Source: an uncultured Nitrososphaeraceae archaeon
GTDB taxonomy: Archaea; Thermoproteota; Nitrososphaeria; Nitrososphaerales; Nitrososphaeraceae
DNA length: 64,000 bases
NCBI GenBank assembly: GCA_963728595.1
Contig: CAVSLF010000005.1
Coordinates: 12,783 to 76,782, forward strand
Direction of reading: 5' to 3'
In this document: in pieces, positions 11,107 through 22,872 of the stretch
Numbering within the stretch: position 1 is the stretch's first letter
Layout: every line of letters starts with the position of its first letter
Notes under the pieces: model-generated
What the model saw: the letters and a program-made list of their open reading frames with translations, nothing else
Database searches by the model: none
Told to the model about the DNA's origin: nothing
Translations under genes and position numbers: made by a program

Positions 11107-11895
11107 GCTATAGATTCTATAAAGAGAGTAATAAAGCCGACGGAAAAAACTGATGGCTTACAGTATATGATTTGTCTCGTTTACAATGAAATTGAAAATT
11201 CATCCGACCTTCGTTTCTGCCGAATCTCTCTAGTCACCATTTTATCGTAATTATTACGATTCGGACTTGAAATTATATTGAGGACCTATGTAGATATATT
11301 GAAAGCATGTTTTCCGATAAGGAATCCGGAGTGACCAGATATGTCAAACTGATGATGAACTCTAGATTTCCTGTAATCAACCTATTGAATTCTAAATATT
11401 TTTTAAAGTATCTTTCTGTCAGAGGTTTTTCTACCACAGAGAAGGACTAAATTTTGTCAATTCACTCTAAGCATGTTTTCGACATTTGCCCCACTTCGTG
11501 TATTTATTGCATTTGTAATCGTCATGTCGATAATAGTCATCACAGGCTTCACATTCATGTAAATGTCCTTCTTCGAACATCACAAGCCCATATACATGAT
11601 TATATTTTAGTTTTCAATCGCAGATATATTTTGGCATAACTCTACTTATTTCAACAATCACTAATGCCCTTCAGTTTAAGGAAATCCTGGGACAGAAATT
11701 GACTATAGAACAAGAAAAGGCTTTAACACACACTGAAAATTATATCACTCAAATATCTCTCGGCTCAAAGCTCGACCATTATATTAAACAATAAAAAGTC
11801 ACCAATGCATGCACGGGAATCGCTGGAATTAGTCCTGCAAATGGAATAAATAGATACAGGAATACCATAACACCATGACGTAAATATGTATATTA

Positions 11896-12831
11896 TTGGC
11901 AGTAGTCGAGTTCAAAGAAGAAATGGAAAATGATAATAGCGATGGGAGAACTAAACGGCAACAGATTGCATTAATAACTGGAAGCTCGTCTGGTATAGGA
12001 TTTGAGACTTCTCTTCTGCTCGCAAGAAGTGGATTTCATACATATGCTACAATGCGTAATCTTGGTAAATCAAAAGAAATACTTGATATCACAAAAAAAG
12101 AAAATCTACCGTTGAGAGTCTTACCCCTAGATGTAACCGATGAGGAGTCTACGCGAAAAGCTATTGATATGGTAATGCATGAACAGAACAGAATTGATAT
12201 CCTAGTTAATAATGCAGGGTATTCGTTGGTAGGAGCGTTAGAGCAGCTTTCTATGGATGAAATTAAAGAAGAATTTGAAACTAATTTTTTTGGAATAATA
12301 AAACTTATCCGCAAGGTATTACCCATAATGAGAAAACAGCGAAGTGGAAGAATAATAAATATAAGTTCACTTGCCGGTAGAATTGGGCTTCCTGTTGCCT
12401 CAGCCTATGTTAGTTCTAAATTTGCCTTAGAAGGCCTAAGTGAATCTTTGAAATACGAAGTACAAGACTTTGGAATACATGTAATACTAATAGAGCCTGG
12501 CGTAATAAAGACGAATTTTATTAAGAACCTAAAGATAGGTAAACAGGTTATTACATCAGAAAATGGTAATGTTAATGCTAATACAAGTAACGCTGATTTA
12601 CCATATGCAGAGATCACCAAAAAAAGAATCTCTGCATTTAAACCCAGGTTTGAAAAAGGTTCCTCCCCTAAAGAAGTAGCAGACACAATTCTAGAAGCAG
12701 TTACATCTGATAAACCTAAATTTAGATACATAGTTGGTCAAGATGCATCCAAGCTCATGGACATAAGAAAGAATACATCTGATGAAGAATTTGGCAAGAT
12801 AGTAATGAACAGTGTTTTAGAAGCGCAGTAG
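11896..12831 (+). CDS. Short-chain dehydrogenase/reductase
   Basis: TGSSSGIG, NNAG, YVSSK, IEPG. Confidence 0.95.
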   Translation: MAVVEFKEEMENDNSDGRTKRQQIALITGSSSGIGFETSLLLARSGFHTYATMRNLGKSKEILDITKKENLPLRVLPLDVTDEESTRKAIDMVMHEQNRIDILVNNAGYSLVGALEQLSMDEIKEEFETNFFGIIKLIRKVLPIMRKQRSGRIINISSLAGRIGLPVASAYVSSKFALEGLSESLKYEVQDFGIHVILIEPGVIKTNFIKNLKIGKQVITSENGNVNANTSNADLPYAEITKKRISAFKPRFEKGSSPKEVADTILEAVTSDKPKFRYIVGQDASKLMDIRKNTSDEEFGKIVMNSVLEAQ

Positions 12832-13049
12832 ATAGGCTATAGAAGGTTTCAAGTCGCAATTCCCAAGTTAATTGTAGATTGGTTGTTTAAATTCCCACCC
12901 AATTGTTTTTACATCTGTTCATTTTGATTATTTATTCAATTTACCAGAACTAAAGAATGACTGACGGCATCAATCTATGTTCGTTGATGCCGTCTTAAAA
13001 AATGTTAAGTTACCAAATGAATCTAGTGCAGATTGTCTGTCTTGTCAAG

Positions 13050-13391
13050 AAGTGCCAGTGGAATTTAGCATTATTCTATTTCCAAAGGTGTCTCCATTAT
13101 CATCACTCGCCCTGAAGAATGCATTTTTATCTCCGGCATCGCTGATTATTCATACACCGAAGAATGTCCTTGTTGATTCTGTCCACCTATTAGTCTCCCT
13201 TTGTATCGAAGCACAGATTTTTTAGAGTCAATGGAACGCATCTTAACTATGTCCATATCAATAGTTGAATCGGTCTTATTTGCGGTATCATGGTCTGTTT
13301 CCGGCTTAATTTCAATCAATCCAGTATCTAAAAAGGTATAATTTGTATTACTCTCTCGTATTAATTTTATCTCCTTTTTCATTTTGACCAT
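13050..13391 (-). pseudogene. Degraded Asp-box (BNR/sialidase-like) protein fragment
   Basis: Alternate frame reads NAFFRASDDNGDTFGNRIMLN, interrupted by stops. Confidence 0.45.
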
Positions 13392-13637
13392 TTTATAGCA
13401 CTATTCGACGGTAGGACATTATGTCTTCCTGAAAACTATCTGTACCTATACCTAAATAGGCGTAGTTATACATTAGCTAAGTAAATGTCATTCTCAACAC
13501 AGGTCGTATATGAAAACATGAAACTAGATGGATGGGGACCATGGACGACGGGACGACGGCTAGCGAATCCAAAAGATAATCTCTATTAAAAAATTCAACC
13601 GTGCCGAATTAAGAGATTATCTTCTTTTTAATTGTAG

Positions 13638-13790
13638 TTAGTCTACGCCTTTATCTTTTAATTCTACGTCTTTAACTTCCGATAATTTATGCTCTTTGAG
13701 TGATTCCACAGTATCGAATCTTTGTCCGCATATATCGCAAGTTAGGCTCTCTTCAGGAATTTCTGGAGGTTCGGAAGGGTCGATTTTCAT
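13638..13790 (-). CDS. C2H2-like Zn-finger microprotein (50 aa, not in ORF track)
   Basis: MKIDPSEPPEIPEESLTCDICGQRFDTVESLKEHKLSE. Confidence 0.7.
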   Translation of the reverse strand: MKIDPSEPPEIPEESLTCDICGQRFDTVESLKEHKLSEVKDVELKDKGVD

Positions 13791-13922
13791 ATGATACAAA
13801 TCATCAGTCAACAAACAATTAAAGTATTTCAGAGAAGGATTAAATCTTTCACTAGCAAAATTTAGAAAGATTCAGTTTTTCACATCTCTTCACTTATAAT
13901 AATCGTAAGGGGAATACGGTGC

Positions 13923-14357
13923 ATGACAGAAGATAATGGTCCTGAAAAGCGAAGTATGTCTAAACAAGATGGATTACCAAGACTTATTGTACATTTTGCA
14001 AATAATGATATAATGAGTATCTCTATAACCCTAACAGTAAAGGGTGTCGTGGTAGCGGGACGGTTAGTAGGCTATAAACGGTATTATGATGGAATTATCA
14101 AATCACTTTCGAATGCTAAAGTAATAACGGACGGGTCGGATGTAATATCTCCCAAAAGTAAAGATAAGATTGTAGAATTATTTGAAGAAATGAAAGATAT
14201 TGCAACTCAAGAAAAGGACGAACTGACATTTATCCATCTTGAAAATGCAGTGGTGTTAAACGATAGCTCAGGAAATTTGCTTTATCCAAATTACTGGAGG
14301 TTGAGAATTGATTCAGTTGATGGATACATGATAGGTGCTTCGGAAAAATATGCGTGA
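13923..14357 (+). CDS. gvpU: GvpU-like protein (orphan)
   Basis: ISITLTVKGVVVAGRLV, FIHLENA, YWRLRIDSVDGY match the GvpU pattern. Confidence 0.7.
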   Translation: MTEDNGPEKRSMSKQDGLPRLIVHFANNDIMSISITLTVKGVVVAGRLVGYKRYYDGIIKSLSNAKVITDGSDVISPKSKDKIVELFEEMKDIATQEKDELTFIHLENAVVLNDSSGNLLYPNYWRLRIDSVDGYMIGASEKYA

Positions 14358-14429
14358 CTGAGCTTTATCATTGAGCAGATATTTTAATAAATTTTATTGT
14401 CATAAGAATAGTACCTTTCAAACCAATAA

Positions 14430-14476
14430 CTGACGGACCCTAACCTTTTGGCTCACTAATCCTTTGGGTCCGTCAG
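14430..14476. repeat. Perfect 11-bp GC-rich inverted repeat between convergent genes
   Basis: CTGACGGACCC (14430-14440) and GGGTCCGTCAG (14466-14476). Confidence 0.75.
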
Positions 14477-14557
14477 AAAAATATAAATTAAATTTATGAC
14501 CAAAGGAGTATTACAAGTCATAAACCAGTTTTTGATTCTCTATCTTGAAAATTTCCT

Positions 14558-14725
14558 TTAATGACTAGCCATGCTGGTTGCTTCCAGTTGCGATATTCTA
14601 TCTTCAAGAAGAAATATCCAGTCCATGTAAGCTCCGTTTACTTTATGGACCTGCTCTACATGATTCTTCATTTCTTCAGGTATCGTATACCTTTGATGGC
14701 ATGTTGGACAATCGAGTTCAGTCAT
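14558..14725 (-). CDS. C2H2 Zn-finger microprotein (55 aa, not in ORF track)
   Basis: MTELDCPTCHQRYTIPEEMKNHVEQVH: C-x2-C-x12-H-x4-H. Confidence 0.7.
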   Translation of the reverse strand: MTELDCPTCHQRYTIPEEMKNHVEQVHKVNGAYMDWIFLLEDRISQLEATSMASH

Positions 14726-14956
14726 AATAGAATATGAACTAAAACCGATAATATGTCTAGCGTTTTTTGTATCTAGTATATCTTTGATTATAGAGACCTG
14801 AACTTGCTCTTCTTTTGCGGGAAGGTACCTCTAGGTCATGAAGCTAGGTCCATGATTCAACTTATCTCTTAGAGACAATATTAGTTCGCGTCGGTGACAC
14901 ACTGCTAGAGTTAACCAATCACTTATAATCATCACTATTAGACTAATGAGCGAGCA

Positions 14957-15283
14957 ATGCCGTTTAGTCTTGTTAAGGCAATCAAAAGTACTCATATGAA
15001 CCCAATTAATAGGACGCTTCATTGCATCGGAGCGCCGTTCTACATGTTCGGAATAGTCATGATTGTAGGGCATTTTCTTGGAACCAGTGATTTCAATCTT
15101 TTGACAGGAATTATTCTCTGGTCCATCGCTGTGGGATTGTTCTTGACGGGACACAAAATAGAAAGAAATCTAAGAGCAATGACATTAATAATATTATTCC
15201 AATACTTTAGTTCAACAATAGCAAACTACCGCGGAGCACATATACGCCATCCTACTGCAAGGCCTAGAAGACAGCCACGATAA
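14957..15283 (+). CDS. Mpo1-like/DUF962 membrane protein
   Basis: HMNPINRTLHCIG and GHKIERN with two TM helices. Confidence 0.75.
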   Translation: MPFSLVKAIKSTHMNPINRTLHCIGAPFYMFGIVMIVGHFLGTSDFNLLTGIILWSIAVGLFLTGHKIERNLRAMTLIILFQYFSSTIANYRGAHIRHPTARPRRQPR

Positions 15284-15378
15284 CGCTCTTTAATTTCCAT
15301 TCTTAAAGGCCTGGTTTTCCGTAAGTCGGCCTTCCATAACATTTCTGACTTACGTAATATCAGTAGGCGAGAGTGTAC

Positions 15379-15606
15379 TCATATAGTGCAACCAATATTC
15401 TTGATAGCCTGCCTTGCTAACACAATATCTTTGTTCACGAGTTCAAATTCCATGACATTATTTAATCCTGAGGTCAATTCAGATACCGACTGTTCAAGGT
15501 CATGAAGGTAACATTGGAGAGCAGCACAGACATATCTTGAATAATGAGGTGTTTCTAAAACTCGGAACTGTTCCCATACTTTTTCTTTTAGACCATGAGT
15601 TTCCAC
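15379..15606 (-). CDS. Small hypothetical protein
   Basis: 75 aa ORF directly downstream of the SDR gene. Confidence 0.5.
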   Translation of the reverse strand: METHGLKEKVWEQFRVLETPHYSRYVCAALQCYLHDLEQSVSELTSGLNNVMEFELVNKDIVLARQAIKNIGCTI

Positions 15607-15610
15607 AATT

Positions 15611-16400
<790 letters not shown>

Positions 16401-16689
16401 GGTTTAAAGCGCAACAAATTATAAAAGTGCGTCGTGCAATCTATTTATATTATCTGTGCCTATAAACAGAAAATACCTCGCACTATCTGGAGTGTCTGCT
16501 AGAAGAGAATGGCCTTGGGGAGATGATACCTAATGGGCTCACTTGTCGTATCCTTAACCTCCTTCTGCAGATTCTTATTTTTATATTCAAATCTATCGTT
16601 ACTCATGTTAGATAATTCTACTTTCTTTTGCTGGATGAAGTCTAAAAGGAAATTATATATTGATAATATAGTGCGAGTCTATCGATAAT

Positions 16690-16932
16690 ATGGTGGACCA
16701 AATGAAATCGGTGGAAGAACTGGACTCCTGCTCTGCATGTAAAATAGGTTACCTAAAACTAACAGGAGAGGTAGTTGTCAAGGGCGAATCAGCTGGTGGA
16801 TATCGAGATATCGGTACCAGAAGAGTATTCAAATGTGATAATTGTAAACAAAGGCAAGTCAGAGTTGCACGTCGAGAATACGTAATAATAGGAGATGACG
16901 TCAAAACAAAATTTACCGAAGATAAAAGTTAA
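16690..16932 (+). CDS. Zn-ribbon microprotein, family A copy 2
   Basis: CSACKIGYLKLTGE...VFKCDNC...REYVIIGDDV. Confidence 0.75.
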   Translation: MVDQMKSVEELDSCSACKIGYLKLTGEVVVKGESAGGYRDIGTRRVFKCDNCKQRQVRVARREYVIIGDDVKTKFTEDKS

Positions 16933-17208
16933 TTATTATATTATATCATGTCTGATTTAAGATTACTTCAACAGTGAAAAGTAGTAAAATAAACAGGTTT
17001 CTTCAAAAATTTTTATACAAAGTATCTTCGTACAATAGCTCTTAACAAGAACCTACTACACTCAACTGAGAAGTTGTCAAAGCAATCACAAGCAAGTAAA
17101 AATTCCATTCATCATATTACTTCGTTGTATCGGTTTACCAATACACATAACAGGAATAGCATTGATAATAAGACATTTCTTTTGAATCAGTATCTCTTTA
17201 ACCTTGGA

Positions 17209-17448
17209 TCAAGCTGGGAGTTCGTTATAGGATTGACATCCGGGACATTTTAATACAATGTTGACTAACCCTATATTTTCGCCAACATTATCTACCAGAA
17301 TGAGTTTACAATTCCCACAGGAATACCTTCTGAAGCCAGTACCTTGGCCTACAAACAGTGGACGTTCTCCATAGTTCTCTCCACCTCCAATAACCGTCTT
17401 TGTGTATCTCTCTGGTTTTGGTACAATTTTGCATCTAATTTCTTCCAA
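17209..17448 (-). CDS. Zn-ribbon microprotein
   Basis: YSCGNC...LKCPGC. Confidence 0.7.
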   Translation of the reverse strand: MEEIRCKIVPKPERYTKTVIGGGENYGERPLFVGQGTGFRRYSCGNCKLILVDNVGENIGLVNIVLKCPGCQSYNELPA

Positions 17449-17606
17449 ATATTGTAGTACCTATTCTCATCGTTAGATATAAAAAAATCGTCTCGAACGC
17501 AAACCTAGTCACTTAAAGAAAAAGAAAGAGATATCAGTGAATCGATTTACCTATTTACGTCTCCAACCATTCTCATAAAATTGCACTGAGCATGTAAAGT
17601 AAAAGC

Positions 17607-18140
17607 CTATTTCTGTTTATGAATGGAATCCCTAAATTGTTCGTATCTTGCAGACACAATTTCGTATCCATTAAGAACTCTACTCAACCCGTCGTTGAAA
17701 GTATTTTTTGAGAATCCATCAAACCATATTACTTTCTGCATTTGTAAAGATTTAATATTTTTCAAATCTGGAATCCATGTGTACCATAAACCAAGAGTTA
17801 ACAGGGGTATTTTCATTTCATTTGCAAAAATTGTTTTGTATTCGTGTGGTAATACTGTAAATCCTGTGGCATCAGATTGCTCAAAATAAAAATATGTAGA
17901 AATTGACAAGGAATCACTATCCGAAGGAAAGGCGATAAAATATTGCACATCACTTTGATATCCAAAATAGTCAGCATCAGTTTTTCCTTTAACATGAATG
18001 ACCACATCATTAGGTGACAAATTTGGATTAGATACATCTTCAATTTGTAATTTAGGATTTATCCATCCTCTAACTTTGGCAATAATTGTAGCCCTATCGT
18101 CATTCATACCCCAGCTTCTTAGTACAAAAACAAAACTCAT
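17607..18140 (-). CDS. Hypothetical protein (possibly DUF2299-like)
   Basis: 177 aa globular ORF; family call tentative. Confidence 0.5.
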   Translation of the reverse strand: MSFVFVLRSWGMNDDRATIIAKVRGWINPKLQIEDVSNPNLSPNDVVIHVKGKTDADYFGYQSDVQYFIAFPSDSDSLSISTYFYFEQSDATGFTVLPHEYKTIFANEMKIPLLTLGLWYTWIPDLKNIKSLQMQKVIWFDGFSKNTFNDGLSRVLNGYEIVSARYEQFRDSIHKQK

Positions 18141-18349
18141 TATATAATGTTTAAAAAAAACGTATGACCTATGTATTCAGTATCAATCGCATTCGCCCTG
18201 AATTGCAACATCCTAATCCAATGCAGTAGTATGATGGGTTTTATTTAGGGTTTATTGTTAGCAAATGAGAAAAACAACCAGAGGGCTGAGCTGCCGCTCC
18301 AGCAAGTTAATAGCGCGATTAAAATTACAGATATGATTATACTATTTAC

Positions 18350-18673
18350 ATGACTGCAAACGAGGACTTGGAAGAAAAGAAATTGTTAGGCTCTGGAGGT
18401 TATGCATTCGCAAAACTGACAGAGCAAGAAGAACTTAGAGCTAATCTTGGAGTCCCACAAATTTTTCTCGCAAACGTGGGAAGATTAAGTGAAAACAGGT
18501 TTTCAAAGTATTATTGCAATAAATGTGGAAACGAGCATTCTGGTTCTCCGTTGATAAGTTACGAAAATCCTAATGAGGAATTAGGGGAAGGTGTCATTCT
18601 TATTGAAAAAGGAGAATACAAATGTAAGGTATGTAATAACGTCATAGCACTCTACCGTAAATTCAACAAATAG
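18350..18673 (+). CDS. Conserved thaumarchaeal Zn-ribbon protein
   Basis: GSGGYAFAKL, YYCNKC, GEYKCKVC. Confidence 0.8.
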   Translation: MTANEDLEEKKLLGSGGYAFAKLTEQEELRANLGVPQIFLANVGRLSENRFSKYYCNKCGNEHSGSPLISYENPNEELGEGVILIEKGEYKCKVCNNVIALYRKFNK

Positions 18674-18681
18674 ACGTATGA

Positions 18682-19080
18682 GTGATTAGGCCAAGGACGG
18701 AGCACATTGATTACAGTCAGGTTAATTTTGATTCAGAACATGACCTAACGCTCCAAGAAATATGTCCTATTTGGTACAGCAAATTAAGAAAGGGGTTGGA
18801 TGAGAAGGACAGGTCAATTCTTTCTAGAGATTCTAAATATTGTTTGGTGGGTGAGGCATGGGGATTTACCGGCAAGCAGGCTGGCTTCTACATAGCTCCT
18901 TTGATTCCTATTATCGGGTGCTGGACTTGTATAAAATATGGTAAACGATTTGGCAAAATTTCAAAGGATAAGGACTCTAATACTAACAATTTTGAACAGT
19001 TAATCTCTGAATTTTTGACACATTGGAACCAAAAGCACAAATCCGTTACGGCGAAGTTAAAGTCTTGTTCTAAAACATAA
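18682..19080 (+). CDS. Hypothetical protein (Cys/His/Trp motifs)
   Basis: CLVGEAWG, CWTC, HWNQKH. Confidence 0.7.
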   Translation: MIRPRTEHIDYSQVNFDSEHDLTLQEICPIWYSKLRKGLDEKDRSILSRDSKYCLVGEAWGFTGKQAGFYIAPLIPIIGCWTCIKYGKRFGKISKDKDSNTNNFEQLISEFLTHWNQKHKSVTAKLKSCSKT

Positions 19081-19206
19081 AACATGAAATTACCTACACA
19101 GGATTTGAGTTTCATTTGAATGCTGAAACTAATTATAGTATGTAACAAAGTTGATACCAATAAACAGTATATATAAAAACATGGTCTGAATATTAATTAG
19201 ATCTGA

Positions 19207-19329
19207 ATGAATGACCTAGATGTATGCATTTGCCGACACTTTAGAATTGACCATAGTACTACATTAGCTCCGGATATTTATTTATCATGTAAAAAGTGCA
19301 AATGTTGGAGATTCTCTCAGGATACCTAG
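19207..19329 (+). CDS. Cys/His-rich microprotein (40 aa, not in ORF track)
   Basis: MNDLDVCICRHFRIDH...SCKKCKCWRF. Confidence 0.6.
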   Translation: MNDLDVCICRHFRIDHSTTLAPDIYLSCKKCKCWRFSQDT

Positions 19330-19347
19330 CAGACTAACCCGAATTTT

Positions 19348-19473
19348 TTAAACTTGCTCTATCATAAACTCAGTGAAGCATATATTACAAAATTCGGTAT
19401 CAGCAACTAAACGTTGCTCTAATATCGTGTCTCCTGCTGTAAAAAGTTGTTGACATAACACGCAAATACTCAT
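19348..19473 (-). CDS. CxxC-CxxC microprotein (41 aa, not in ORF track)
   Basis: MSICVLCQQLF...EFCNICF. Confidence 0.55.
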   Translation of the reverse strand: MSICVLCQQLFTAGDTILEQRLVADTEFCNICFTEFMIEQV

Positions 19474-20121
19474 ACTTCTATTACGTCAACTGAGTATCTA
19501 GGGCTATGTATCCAAGAATGGTCATACATAACGAATTCCTTAGCATTAGAACGGAAGAAACAGCAAATAATTTGAAAAAATACAGATATTTATAGAGGAA
19601 TGATATTTATAATTGGTATCAGATAGAGTGTAATCGATTAGAACTGTACCCTTAACTGGTTATAGTTGAAAGAAAATATCAATCTATGTCTCTTATTTAG
19701 CATTTATTTGATTGATTTATTTATGGGGTTTGATACGTTTGTTAAAATCAGCTAGACCCTTTTCATATACGCATGCAAAACACCAATCTTTAGTATAACG
19801 GTACAAATCCTGAGGTTCAGACACCCTGACTACGCTATGTACACCCTTTCCACACCTGTCGCATATTTGTTCCATTTATCCTATTGAAAACCCTCGATAT
19901 TTATTCGACGGAAGTCTATCTAATCAGACAAATCGATAAATGACGATAATAGTAGGGAAGAGTTGAATCCACCCTTTTCTTATCGCCCCGTTGTTGACAC
20001 AAACACAACTCACGTCTTGATAGCCTACGTAATTTGTAGCTCTCCTTTTGCGAGGACATACTGGCATCTCAGGAAATACAGTCTTATAGTCTACCCTCAA
20101 ATTTATAAGCAAGCAAAAGAT

Positions 20122-20334
20122 ATGAAACACACTTTTTCATGTTCCAATTGTGAGTTGCCGTTTTCAATATTTCTTACAGATGAGACCACTAGGACGTCCA
20201 CTTCGGAGTGCGAAGACGTTGATACTAAGTTCCATAACGTTAAACATGAGGTAAATTGTCAAAATTGTAAGCATGTAAATACAATTTACTATTGTACAAA
20301 TACACATCCAGTGAATGAAAACGACGATAAGTGA
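20122..20334 (+). CDS. Zn-ribbon microprotein
   Basis: FSCSNC...VNCQNCKHVNTIYYC; ATG at 20122 inside ORF 19963. Confidence 0.7.
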   Translation: MKHTFSCSNCELPFSIFLTDETTRTSTSECEDVDTKFHNVKHEVNCQNCKHVNTIYYCTNTHPVNENDDK

Positions 20335-20416
20335 GTATCTTCCCGTCTTGTCACATCAGGTATATTAGAATAATCGATAACAAAAAGAGGTATGGAGGTG
20401 AAGTTATTGTATAACT

Positions 20417-20560
20417 CTATTTGTTATACATTGAACCAGATGAACCAGATGAAGTTGTCATGTTGTCAGAGCTTGTCATGTTTCCTCCCGTTGTAGCATT
20501 TGTTCCTCCGGTCATGTTGGTCTCTGGTGTACTCATGTTTTGTGCGTTTGCGGAGGTCAT
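20417..20560 (-). pseudogene. 5'-truncated sequon-rich secreted-protein remnant
   Basis: ANAQNMSTPETNMTGGTNATTGGNMTSSDNMT without a signal peptide. Confidence 0.45.
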
Positions 20561-20623
20561 TGGCACAGACAATTCAGTCAACTTTCTACATAGGTTCTAA
20601 TAAGATAAAGCCCTCATATAGTC

Positions 20624-21222
20624 ATGTCATCTAAAAAATCTAATAATAACGATAAAGCTGAGCAAAAGCCCTAAAAGAAGCTGAAATCGTAGCAGAGTTA
20701 GCGCCGAACGCAAAAACTAGGAAGGAAGCAGAGAAATTAATAGAGACGGTAGAGAGCCAATCAAACAATTTTGCCCAAGACAGTTCTGAAATTTTTGATA
20801 CGTATAAGAAAGGCGTCTTAAAGATTACTGAAAAACTATCTAAATTTCGACCCGAATATGCACAATCAATTTCAAACCTTCAGGAAGAATACTTACAACT
20901 GACAAAACAATTCGTTGACAATGTTTTTGCCGCACAAAGAAATTGGATAGGCGGCAATATAACATCTAGCGGAACAACATTTCCAAGTTGGACACCGTAT
21001 GCAGAACAGTTCAGAACACAATCTAGCGAAATCACTTCACAAGCATCGAGTGTATTTGACACATCGAATCAACTAGCAATGAACGCAGTAAATATAGCAA
21101 GAGAGAATCTAAAGTTATTTGGAAAGGCAATGGAAGCCATGATGGAATTTAATAATAACGTAGCCAATACATGGTCATCATTCTTCACATCAGCACAAAG
21201 ACAACAATACTTCAGGCAATAA
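20624..21222 (+). CDS. Phasin-like helical protein, frameshifted near 20665 (not in ORF track)
   Basis: About 180 open codons: PEYAQSISNLQEEYL...NQLAMNAVNIARENLK...WSSFF; one base missing in caaaagcc. Confidence 0.65.
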
Positions 21223-21407
21223 GGTTTTCTATGACATATGTTTTATCGGCCCTACCTGTTTAGTTATCGTGTTATTTTAAATCCTTATTAGAGACTTGTC
21301 CGTATATAACTATTCGTCAGCCTCATTTACAAACTGGTGAGCCAAACCTTCCAGTCGTTAAAAAACGCACAATTATACGCCATTATATAGTAAGTTGAGC
21401 ATAGATA

Positions 21408-21824
21408 GTGAAAGCTGGAGTGGTGGACTCAATCACATCTCAGACACTTTCTAAAATTTTAGTTGTTGACAACGATGTAGACAACGGTTTACTTCTGAAG
21501 GATTTTTTACAAATGTCAGGATTTGATGTGGACGTTTATTTTTCGTCCGAGAAGGCATCCGAGAATTTTCAAAGTGGGCGGTACAGTCTCGCGATATTAG
21601 ATGTTCTTATGGACGGTATTGGAGGTCTAGAGTTATATAAGATAATCTCAAATATTGATAATAACTTACGTGTGTGCTTCTTGACAGGATATGTTATTAA
21701 CGCGTCTGATTATCCCGACTTACCAGAGAACAAAACGAAAATTGTTCTGAAGCCAGTTTATTTGACACAATTGTTAGAAATCATCAGAACACTATTAAAT
21801 GATAGTTACGCTGAAGCGACGTGA
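21408..21824 (+). CDS. Single-domain response regulator
   Basis: ILVVDND, LAILDVLM, FLTG, LKP. Confidence 0.9.
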   Translation: MKAGVVDSITSQTLSKILVVDNDVDNGLLLKDFLQMSGFDVDVYFSSEKASENFQSGRYSLAILDVLMDGIGGLELYKIISNIDNNLRVCFLTGYVINASDYPDLPENKTKIVLKPVYLTQLLEIIRTLLNDSYAEAT

Positions 21825-21847
21825 AGTTTATTGAAACCAGAATTCTG

Positions 21848-22167
21848 TCTAACCCTTTACCCTGTCAAGTACTCTGCGAAGCAAAGAGATTAAAATGCCT
21901 CTTATTCTACTTACTCCTGGAATAACGAAAGCCCTCGCAACTATAGCAGGACAATTAAGCCTATCTAACATTGCAGCGAAGAATTGATTATCCAAAAGAC
22001 TGAACCTACCAATTGTAAGTCCAGTTACGACTAAGTCTGGGTCGGAAGCATTTATGGAAGATGAAATAAGTTGCGCTCTCCTATCCCTCTACTAGACCCA
22101 GTTATGACGGCACTCTTTGCGTTCAAGTCTATCATGGTTTAAATCATAACAAATTATAAAAGTGCGT
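21848..22167 (-). pseudogene. Chimeric remnant: duplicated SDR promoter and 5' end fused to the 3' end of a USP-like domain gene
   Basis: 22078-22167 near-identical to about 16343-16432; adjacent frame DPDLVVTG...LNCPAIVAR. Confidence 0.6.
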
Positions 22168-22266
22168 GCACTGGCAGTATCATTAGCGTATGCCAGAATA
22201 GAAAGAACCTTTCACACTCCCATACTTGTATACAATGGATAAATAATTTATTGCTCTAATGAAGAC

Positions 22267-22401
22267 ATGTCCGCAGATGGACCTTACAAATGCGTCTCGT
22301 GTAACGGTAGGGAGTTCAAGTCTAGAGAAGAACTGGAGAAACATAATCAAGAGCAACACAGTACCAGGTACTCTCTGAATTACCTCAGCTTATTATTATA
22401 A
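22267..22401 (+). CDS. C2H2 Zn-finger microprotein (44 aa, not in ORF track)
   Basis: PYKCVSCNGREFKSREELEKHNQEQH. Confidence 0.7.
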   Translation: MSADGPYKCVSCNGREFKSREELEKHNQEQHSTRYSLNYLSLLL

Positions 22402-22650
22402 CCCCCTAATCTTTTAGTACTAACTTTTCGAGAACGATGAAATTCAATGGACCCCTACTATCGGATACGGCATGAGTATATGCATGGTAGGTATAGACAA
22501 AATAAACAAGGTCGATAATAGAACAAATCTTGTAATCTTTTTCAAAGAACGTAGTTTCATTAAAAAAAGAAGGGTAGATTTTCGTACTATTTGAATTCAT
22601 TTGTTGTTGCCCGGTGATTGTCCTAACATTGGAAGCTTTCAGGTTCCAAT

Positions 22651-22872
22651 CTATTTTGCGGGTGTGAGAGTTATATTCTCCGATGCAGTTGTATTCGTAA
22701 TATTACCTGGTGTGGTCCTAGTTGGAAACTCTGACATATTGGTATTCGGGGAAGAACCAGAATAGTTACTTCCGGATTGATTCTGTTGTGCGTATGTCGA
22801 ACTAATGAAGGCAGCGCTAAGAGCCACTGCAACTGCAATGACGGCAACCGACGTTAACAATTTTGTTGTCAT
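22651..22872 (-). CDS. Small secreted sequon-rich protein
   Basis: Signal peptide ending TYAQ; NQS, NYS, NMS, NIT, NTT, NIT. Confidence 0.75.
   Translation of the reverse strand: MTTKLLTSVAVIAVAVALSAAFISSTYAQQNQSGSNYSGSSPNTNMSEFPTRTTPGNITNTTASENITLTPAK

Noticed and set aside
11467..11637. Cys-rich minus-strand micro-ORF with in-frame TGA (possible selenocysteine)
   Set aside because: No SECIS seen and Sec is not expected in this lineage; a nonsense mutation or chance ORF is more likely.
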